Made by a program: the position numbers and the translations under genes
Shown here: piece by piece, positions 26,298 through 32,000 of the stretch
How positions within the stretch are numbered: position 1 is the stretch's first letter
Layout of the letters: every line of letters begins with the position of its first letter
NCBI RefSeq assembly: GCF_001644705.1
Contig: NZ_CP015137.1
Coordinates: forward strand, 3,900,001-3,932,000
Length of the DNA: 32,000 nt
Direction of reading: 5' to 3'
Source of the DNA: Dickeya solani IPO 2222
GTDB lineage: Bacteria; Pseudomonadota; Gammaproteobacteria; Enterobacterales; Enterobacteriaceae
Notes under the pieces: generated by a model
What the model saw: the letters and a program-made list of their open reading frames with translations, nothing else
The model's database searches: none
What the model was told of the DNA's origin: nothing

Positions 26298-27146
26298 ATG
26301 ATGACCGCCATTACCAGCCGGGAACTGACCCTCGGCTATGCCAGCCAGACTATTATCGACAATCTGGATATCCAGTTGCCGAAGGGCAAAGTGTCGGTGC
26401 TGATTGGCAGCAACGGGTGCGGCAAAAGTACGCTGCTCAAATCCTTCGCCCGTTTGCTCAAACCGTTGAAAGGCGCGGTGATCCTCAATGGCGAGGATAT
26501 CCACCAGCAGTCCACCGCCGCCGTGGCGCGCGAACTGGCGATTTTGCCGCAGATGCCGGATGCGCCGGAAGGTATTACCGTGAAACAGCTGGTCAGCCTG
26601 GGCCGCTATCCTTACCAGAACTGGCTACAGCAGTGGTCGGAGCAAGACGAGGCGATGGTGAATCAGGCGCTGCGCCAGACCGGCACCGACATGCTGGCGG
26701 AGCGACCGGTGGATGCGCTGTCCGGCGGCCAGCGCCAGCGGGTGTGGATCGCCATGACGCTGGCGCAGGACACCGAGGTGGTGCTGTTGGACGAACCCAC
26801 CACCTTCCTCGATCTGGCGCATCAGATCGAGGTGTTGGATTTACTGCGTGAGTTGAATCGCCAGCACGGCAAAACCATCATTATGGTGCTGCACGACCTC
26901 AATCTGGCCTGCCGTTACGCCGACCACATGGTGGCGGTGCACAACCGCACCGCTTTCGCGCAGGGCGCGCCGGCTGCGATTCTGGATGAAGCGCTGGTTA
27001 AAACGGTGTTCAATCTGGACTGTCGGATCGTTCCCGACCCGTTTTTCCACACGCCATTGTGTATTCCGTTCGGGCGGGAGAAACCCCGCGAAGGGGCTGA
27101 TGGCATAGGCCCGGCAGATGACAACCACAGTCAGGAAATACGATGA
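26298..27146 (+). CDS. cbrD: Ferric-achromobactin ABC transporter ATP-binding protein (FecE/FepC-like)
   Basis: Walker A GSNGCGKSTLLK, signature LSGGQRQRVWIAMTLAQ, Walker B VVLLDEPT and an H-loop VLHDL. A GAGGA SD lies upstream. Confidence 0.9.
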   Translation: MMTAITSRELTLGYASQTIIDNLDIQLPKGKVSVLIGSNGCGKSTLLKSFARLLKPLKGAVILNGEDIHQQSTAAVARELAILPQMPDAPEGITVKQLVSLGRYPYQNWLQQWSEQDEAMVNQALRQTGTDMLAERPVDALSGGQRQRVWIAMTLAQDTEVVLLDEPTTFLDLAHQIEVLDLLRELNRQHGKTIIMVLHDLNLACRYADHMVAVHNRTAFAQGAPAAILDEALVKTVFNLDCRIVPDPFFHTPLCIPFGREKPREGADGIGPADDNHSQEIR

Positions 27147-27808
27147 GTTATCAAATCATTCCCCGCGTGCCGCCGCTCAGTGACGAGTTGCTGGCAGGCT
27201 ACCGTCAAATCAGCACCTCCACGCTGGGGCATCTGACGGAAACCGGTTATTTGCACGGCATCCGGCCGCTGTTGCCGGATATGCAGATGGTCGGCAATGT
27301 GGTGACGGTCAAGCTGTGCCCGCCGGATGGCGGCGTACTGCGCGAGGCGTTGCTGCTGAGTCAGCCCGGCGATATACTGGTTGTTGATGCGTCGGATGAG
27401 GAAGAGCGCGCCTGCTGGGGCGAACTGCGCGCGCTGGCAGCCAGGGTGAAAGGGCTAGCGGGCGTGGTGGTGGCCGGTGCGGTGACCGACTCGCGCGCGC
27501 TGCGTCAACTGGGCCTGCCGGTGTTCTGCAAAGGCATCAGCGCTATTACCACCCGCACGCTGGGAACGGCCGGTGCGGTCAATGTGCCGGTGACGGTAGC
27601 GGGTGTGACGGTGCACCCCGGCGATCTGGCGATCGGCGATGACGACGGGGTGTTTATCCTCCGTCGGGCGACCGCCAGCGACTGGCTGGAGAAGGCGTTA
27701 CACAAGGAACAGGCGGATGCTGAGCGGCGGGAAGCGCTGTGGCAAAAATTACCGGGGCTTTCTGATATTGGTGTAAACAAAAAACCTGCCGAAGCAGGTT
27801 TTAGATAA
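27143..27808 (+). CDS. RraA / HMG-CHA aldolase-fold protein (RraA-like family), function unknown
   Basis: Family pattern GELRALAARVKGLAGVVVAGAVTDS...LPVFCKG...VTVAGVTVHPGDLAIGDDDGVFIL. The ATG overlaps the cbrD stop (ATGA at 27143-27146). Confidence 0.8.
   Translation: MSYQIIPRVPPLSDELLAGYRQISTSTLGHLTETGYLHGIRPLLPDMQMVGNVVTVKLCPPDGGVLREALLLSQPGDILVVDASDEEERACWGELRALAARVKGLAGVVVAGAVTDSRALRQLGLPVFCKGISAITTRTLGTAGAVNVPVTVAGVTVHPGDLAIGDDDGVFILRRATASDWLEKALHKEQADAERREALWQKLPGLSDIGVNKKPAEAGFR
27783..27800. terminator. Hairpin terminator, strong for the minus-strand hicAB and weak for the plus strand
   Basis: aacctgc-cgaa-gcaggtt. On the minus strand it is followed by ttttttgttt, and on the plus strand only by tt. 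It lies inside the last codons of the RraA-like CDS. Confidence 0.75.
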
Positions 27809-27810
27809 GG

Positions 27811-28221
27811 TTAGCGAATGGATGAAATCCGCTCTAACGCTGCCTGAGCAAGGAACCCTGAGCGGCTCTTAAATTCCGGGTTACTCGCTACGCAACGGTC
27901 AATACGGTCAATCAGCGATTTCGGCAACGTGACATTAATTTTCTCTGCCCCACCCATCAGCCGGGTGACATCGATATCAACAACAGCCCAGGTGTAACCG
28001 GTGTACTCCGGTGCTTTCGCCAGCGTTCCGACTGATGACACAGCAGGAATATCCTGACCCATCTCGATCAGCAGCTCGATATGGCCGGTGATCGCGTCTT
28101 TGGCATTGGCGATGGCCTCATCAAGCGTATCACCTGCGGAGAAACAGCCCGGCAGATCCGGCACTGTCACGCCGTAGGCATGAGTATCGTCGCCTGCTTC
28201 AATTGCAATGGGATAAAACAT
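27811..28221 (-). CDS. hicB: HicB-family antitoxin (N-terminal HicB fold plus C-terminal RHH)
   Basis: MFYPIAIEAGDDTHAYGVTVPDLPGCFSAGDTLDEAIANAKDAI is the typical HicB N-domain, and INVTLPKSLIDRIDRCV is RHH-like. It lies 27 nt downstream of hicA. Confidence 0.88.
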   Translation of the reverse strand: MFYPIAIEAGDDTHAYGVTVPDLPGCFSAGDTLDEAIANAKDAITGHIELLIEMGQDIPAVSSVGTLAKAPEYTGYTWAVVDIDVTRLMGGAEKINVTLPKSLIDRIDRCVASNPEFKSRSGFLAQAALERISSIR

Positions 28222-28248
28222 AATTCAGCCTCTTTGAGTAAGCAGGGA

Positions 28249-28428
28249 TCATATTCCCGCTTGTTTCCTGATGCTTTTTACCGTACCTATCGGTAAATCC
28301 TTCTTCGGGTGTGGGATGGTCACTAATCCCGGTTTGGTTGGGTGGGTAAAATGGTGATGACTGCCGTTAACCCTTACCAGTTCCCATCCATCGGCCTTGA
28401 TTTCTGCTATTAGCGTCCTGCTGTCCAT
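28249..28428 (-). CDS. hicA: HicA-family mRNA interferase toxin
   Basis: GWELVRVNGSHHHFTHPTKPGLVTIPHPKKDLPIGTVKSIRKQAGI is a HicA signature. I prefer ATG 28428 (59 aa) by family length. The alternative ATG 28452 adds 8 aa. Confidence 0.85.
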   Translation of the reverse strand: MDSRTLIAEIKADGWELVRVNGSHHHFTHPTKPGLVTIPHPKKDLPIGTVKSIRKQAGI

Positions 28429-28457
28429 CCTTAAACCCCGTAACCTGACCATGAAGT

Positions 28458-28514
28458 AAAAATAACCCTAATAACCCTGAAAAGCAATTGTATAGAGTTA
28501 TTAGGGTTATTTTT
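28458..28514. promoter_or_regulatory. 18-bp perfect inverted repeat upstream of hicA; putative hicAB promoter/operator
   Basis: aaaaataaccctaataac (28458-28475) is the exact reverse complement of gttattagggttattttt (28497-28514). The 21-nt spacer reads tctaTACAATtgc on the minus strand (-10-like). An internal direct repeat ataaccct occurs twice. Confidence 0.55.
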
Positions 28515-28749
28515 CTCTTCGTCTCAGATGTAGCCTTATGGCCTGATTGCTCTAATATCCAGTGTATGAAAGGTTCCTGTAGTGCTATACGTGAGGGTTG
28601 CCCCGTGCGCTCAGAATTTTTTCGGCACTTTATAACCAGAAGTAAATGTTAAATTATTTTAATGATTTTTTGCGCTATCGCTTGAAAAGGCTCTTTGGGA
28701 AAACCATATAAAACGTGCGCGATTGGTGCGGCATTTTGAGGAAAGCCGA

Positions 28750-29112
28750 ATGGCTTCATTAGATTTATATATGGGGAATTATTACGATTTTACTTCGGAC
28801 GAAATTGATCGTGTTGTTCCAAACACTGCTGGAAACTACGCCTTAGGGTATATCAGTGGCAATCAATTTATAGTGCGGTATGTTGGTCGCTCTGATAGTG
28901 ATGTAAATCAACGGCTAAAAAGCCATATTGGTAAGCACCCTTTATGTACGCATTTCAAGTTTTCGACGGCCTCGTCACCCAAAGCTGCATTCGAAAAGGA
29001 ATGTCAGAACTGGCATGATTTTAATCCACCAGAAAATCAGATTCACCCGGATCGCGCTAGCAATAGTAAAAACTGGAAATGTCCTCGTTGTAATGTTTTT
29101 GATGAAAAATAA
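28750..29112 (+). CDS. Small GIY-YIG-like protein with C-terminal CxxC (hypothetical)
   Basis: The pattern is GNYALGY..(x)..RYVGRSDSDVNQRLKSH...FEKECQNWH...WKCPRCN. It resembles a GIY...YIG-R-H-E catalytic core followed by a Cys pair. ATG 28750 follows GAGGA. The gene is AT-rich. Confidence 0.6.
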   Translation: MASLDLYMGNYYDFTSDEIDRVVPNTAGNYALGYISGNQFIVRYVGRSDSDVNQRLKSHIGKHPLCTHFKFSTASSPKAAFEKECQNWHDFNPPENQIHPDRASNSKNWKCPRCNVFDEK

Positions 29113-29123
29113 GCCGGACATAG

Positions 29124-29144
29124 GGCCATGCTTACATGGCCTTT
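29124..29144 (+). terminator. Weak hairpin terminator after the GIY-YIG-like gene
   Basis: ggccatg-ctta-catggcc followed by tttgc. Further hairpins lie at 29161-29186 and 29240-29261. Confidence 0.4.
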
Positions 29145-29447
29145 GCTAGCTATTTATTCAATGCCTCCACTTCCTGCGGGAGGCATATCTCAGTCATTCA
29201 TCCATAGATGCTCTGTGCACCGGATGCATCTAACAGTAGCGGCAACATTTTCCTGTTGCCGTTCTGGTCGAACGCGGTACAGACATCCGTCAGATTGTGA
29301 AACGTATAGCTGACCAGCGAAGGCTAGTGTGTGCTCCAACGTCAGCCGCTGGATCTCGATATTACTGATATCCCAGCCTGTTTAGCGGGCGAAATCGGCA
29401 ATACTAACTAACGCCGCACTCGCCCGGTTTTTCATCCGCCACCTTAG

Positions 29448-30503
29448 CTATTCCACATCCTGCACGACGGCATCGGTTATCACCGGTGTGCATTGACAAT
29501 CAACCTGTTGTTCCCACCACGCCGGCGTCGCCGTCGGCGTCCCCAGTGTGACGACTTCCCCCAGCATCGGCATGATGATCGGCAACTGCCGCTCTCGCGC
29601 CAGCCGGCTGCTGCTGCGCACCGGGTCGGCCCAGTCGTGGAAGGCCAGCGCGAACATCCCCCAGTGGATCGGCATAAACAGGCGGGCGCGTACGTCCTGC
29701 GCCGCTTGCACGGTCTGTTCCGGGTGCATGTGTGAGTCCGGCCAGCGTTCGTTGTACTGGCCGTTTTCCATAAATGCTAGATCAAACGGGCCGAAGCGCT
29801 CGCCGATATCGCGGAAGTGCTCGCCATAGCCGGAATCGCCGCTGAAAAAAATACGCTCCCGTTGCCCCTGAATCACCCAGGACGCCCACAGCGTGGTGTT
29901 GCGGCCGGACAGGCTACGGCCGGAAAAATGGTGCGACGGCGTAGCGGTAAACGTGATGCCGTTAAGCGTATGGGACTGATACCAGTCCAGCTCCTGAATC
30001 CGTTCCGCTTCAATGCCCCATTTTTTCAGGTGTTCACCCACTTTAAGCGGGGCGATAAAGCGGGTCGCGGTGTCGCGGAAAGCACGAATGGTCTGCTCGT
30101 CGAGGTGGTCGTAGTGATCGTGCGACAGCAGGATGATGTCGATATCCGGCAGTGCCTCGCGCGTCAGCGCCGGCGGTTGAAAGCGGCGGAACATAAAGCT
30201 GAATGGCGACACGCTGGCGGAAAACACCGGGTCGATCAGGATACGGGTATCATCCAGATTGAGCAGTAGGGTCGAGTGCCCGAACCAGATAAATTTGAGG
30301 CGTTCATCAGCGGCAAGAAACGCATTGAGGTCGGGGGATATCACCGGTAGCCGTGTGTCCGGTACGCGCCCTTTGCGCTGAAAACCAAGCCGCCAAATCA
30401 ACGACAGGCTTTGCCACAGGTTCATCCGCGGTGCGGCTGACGGGCGCAGGTTGAAAAAACGCCCGGTTTCGGGGGAGTAGTGCTTCGGGTGCAGGTCCGC
30501 CAT
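29448..30503 (-). CDS. MBL-fold metallo-hydrolase (NAPE-PLD-like / Zn-dependent hydrolase family)
   Basis: LLSHDHYDHLD (HxHxDH), FFSGDSGYG and TPSHHFSGR, about 350 aa in length. A GGAGA SD lies 4 nt before the ATG. Confidence 0.85.
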   Translation of the reverse strand: MADLHPKHYSPETGRFFNLRPSAAPRMNLWQSLSLIWRLGFQRKGRVPDTRLPVISPDLNAFLAADERLKFIWFGHSTLLLNLDDTRILIDPVFSASVSPFSFMFRRFQPPALTREALPDIDIILLSHDHYDHLDEQTIRAFRDTATRFIAPLKVGEHLKKWGIEAERIQELDWYQSHTLNGITFTATPSHHFSGRSLSGRNTTLWASWVIQGQRERIFFSGDSGYGEHFRDIGERFGPFDLAFMENGQYNERWPDSHMHPEQTVQAAQDVRARLFMPIHWGMFALAFHDWADPVRSSSRLARERQLPIIMPMLGEVVTLGTPTATPAWWEQQVDCQCTPVITDAVVQDVE

Positions 30504-30899
30504 AAGGTCTCCGGATCGGTGTCACAGAACGGTGACTACAGGTTATATCAGCGTATGCGTATTGATGTGGTGCCAAAAGCGGCAGGATTCAAGGCGCGGC
30601 CGACATTTTTGCCCGGTTTTCAATGCAAGGCCGCCCACCTGCGGTTAGCGGCGAAACCCGGCTGTTGACGATATGTTGCAAAATCGCGTCAGGCAGGTGT
30701 ATTCAGCTTCTGGCTGAACGTTTGGATTGTTACGCATTCGTGGCGATAGGTTACCGACATGAGTCAATGCTGGTGGGGCGTGATAAGAGGAGAGGCTTTA
30801 CTGCCGAAATAACCAAGGGTGGAACCGCGCTAATATGTCGATTAAATAAGCATATTTATCGTTATGTATTTAATTACATAACGAAAATCCACCTGCCAA

Positions 30900-30954
30900 T
30901 ACCCATAAAGGGGGTGAATGTACTATTAAAACCGTAATTTTTGATTTTGCTCAA
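30900..30954 (+). promoter_or_regulatory. Candidate anaerobic/nitrate control region of the fdnG-like gene (NarL heptamer plus FNR box)
   Basis: TACCCAT (30900-30906) fits the NarL heptamer TACYYMT. TTGATtttgCTCAA (30941-30954) matches the FNR consensus TTGAT-N4-ATCAA at 9/10. A TAGATT -10-like hexamer lies at 30976-30981. Confidence 0.45.
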
Positions 30955-31022
30955 AATCTCCTCGTGGCGTGTTGTTAGATTTCCCGCAACAAAAAAAATA
31001 CATAAATTCTATAGGGAAAAGC

Positions 31023-32000
31023 ATGCAAGTTAATCGAAGGGGCTTTTTTAAAGTCTGTGCCGGGGGAATGGCTGGGACTACACTCGCTGTTTTAGGATTT
31101 ACACCAACGGAAGCTATGGCCTCGGTCCGTCAGTACAAGCTGCTGCGGGCGAAAGAAACGCGTAATAACTGCACTTACTGTTCCGTCGGTTGCGGGCTGC
31201 TGATGTACAGCCTGGGCGATGGGGCAAAGAACGCCAAACCCGCCATCTTTCACATCGAAGGGGACCCGGATCACCCGGTCAGTCGCGGCTCTTTATGCCC
31301 GAAAGGCGCCGGTCTGGTGGACTACATCCACAGCGAAGGCCGCCTGAAATTCCCGCAATACCGTGCGCCCGGTTCGGATAAATGGCAGCGCATCGGCTGG
31401 GATGACGCCATTGACCGCATCGCCCGCCTGATGAAAAAAGACCGTGACGCCAATTTCGAGCGCCTCAACGCCAAAGGCGCGCTGGTCAACCGCTGGCTGA
31501 CCACCGGGATGCTGTGCTCTTCCGCCGCCAGTAATGAAACCGGCATTCTCGACCAGAAGTTCGCCCGTTCACTGGGGATGGTCGCCATCGATTGTCAGGC
31601 GCGCCTGTGCCACGGCCCGACCGTGGCTGCGCTGGCGCCGACCTTCGGCCGTGGGGCGATGACCAACAACTGGGTGGATATCAAAAACGCCAACGTGATT
31701 ATCGTGATGGGCGGCAACGCGGCGGAAGCGCACCCGGTCGGCTTCAAATGGGCGGTGGAAGCTCAAACCCACAACGACGCTAAACTGATCGTGGTCGATC
31801 CGCGCTTTAACCGCTCCGCCGCGGTGGCCGACCTGTACGCGCCGATCCGCGCCGGCTCCGATGCCGCGTTCCTGCTGGGGGTCGTCAACTATCTGATCAC
31901 CCACGACAAAATTCACCACGACTACGTGAAGTCTTACACCAGCGCCAGCCTGATCGTGCGTGAGGATTTCAGCTTCGACGAAGGCCTGTTCAGCGGCTAT
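31023..32000 (+). CDS. fdnG: Formate dehydrogenase-N/O-type alpha subunit, Cys variant (3' end beyond window)
   Basis: My own translation gives MQVNRRGFFKVCAGGMAGTTLAVLGF (Tat signal), CTYCSVGCGLLMY (4Fe-4S), ...AIDCQARLCHGPTVAALAPTFGRGAMTNNW..., colinear with E. coli FdnG as I recall it. It is absent from the ORF track because no stop is reached. Whether it is the fdnG or fdoG paralog cannot be resolved. Confidence 0.88.
   Translation, partial: MQVNRRGFFKVCAGGMAGTTLAVLGFTPTEAMASVRQYKLLRAKETRNNCTYCSVGCGLLMYSLGDGAKNAKPAIFHIEGDPDHPVSRGSLCPKGAGLVDYIHSEGRLKFPQYRAPGSDKWQRIGWDDAIDRIARLMKKDRDANFERLNAKGALVNRWLTTGMLCSSAASNETGILDQKFARSLGMVAIDCQARLCHGPTVAALAPTFGRGAMTNNWVDIKNANVIIVMGGNAAEAHPVGFKWAVEAQTHNDAKLIVVDPRFNRSAAVADLYAPIRAGSDAAFLLGVVNYLITHDKIHHDYVKSYTSASLIVREDFSFDEGLFSGY

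Noticed and set aside
29113-29447. Small ORFs (29128-29313 and the tail of 28928-29149), and possible tRNA or att sites at the islet edge.
   Set aside because: I could fold no tRNA-like cloverleaf by eye. The ORFs lack an SD and any domain features, and I found no flanking direct repeat pairing with the 27.8-kb edge. Only hairpins are reported.
30623-30937. 104-aa ORF between the MBL hydrolase and the fdnG-like gene.
   Set aside because: It runs from GC-rich into very AT-rich promoter DNA, has an implausible composition (Cys/Ile/Lys runs), lacks an SD, and overlaps the likely FNR/NarL control region.
31590-31625. An in-frame TGA (selenocysteine) and downstream SECIS hairpin in the fdnG-like gene.
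   Set aside because: The aligned codon is TGC (Cys), and the frame stays open with no TGA, so no recoding needs to be invoked.

Overview
The protein identities suggest a chromosomal segment from a Dickeya ('Erwinia chrysanthemi')-type member of the Enterobacterales; I recognised these from memory and ran no search. Left to right: (1) The 3' end of the phosphonate C-P lyase operon, phnK (cut by the window edge)-phnL-phnM-phnN-phnP, with no phnO. (2) A minus-strand NAD(P)-binding oxidoreductase, convergent with phnP and divergent from a LysR-type regulator. (3) A separate PhnC/PhnD/PhnE-family ABC importer whose second permease gene looks broken by an internal deletion plus frameshift. (4) The complete Fur-box-fronted achromobactin siderophore locus, acsF-acr-acsD-acsE-yhcA-acsC-acsB-acsA followed by cbrABCD. 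(5) An RraA/HMG-aldolase-fold gene translationally coupled to cbrD. (6) An AT-rich islet carrying hicAB and a small GIY-YIG-like gene. (7) A minus-strand MBL-fold hydrolase. (8) The 5' part of a formate dehydrogenase-N alpha subunit with Cys in place of selenocysteine. This last ORF is missing from the ORF track because it runs off the window. The most unusual signal is structural. Short tandem duplications (14-21 bp, 2-5 copies) lie on gene junctions or translation-initiation regions at six main sites (a weaker seventh at the LysR start), and several units carry their own SD and/or ATG. Other candidates are a 52-codon basic ORF with a hairpin between acsF and acr, a ~138-bp imperfect palindromic element between acsA and cbrA, and the decayed phnE paralog. 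I did not find a clear, fully novel multi-gene system. The hicAB/GIY-YIG islet and the cbrD-coupled RraA-like gene are the best leads.
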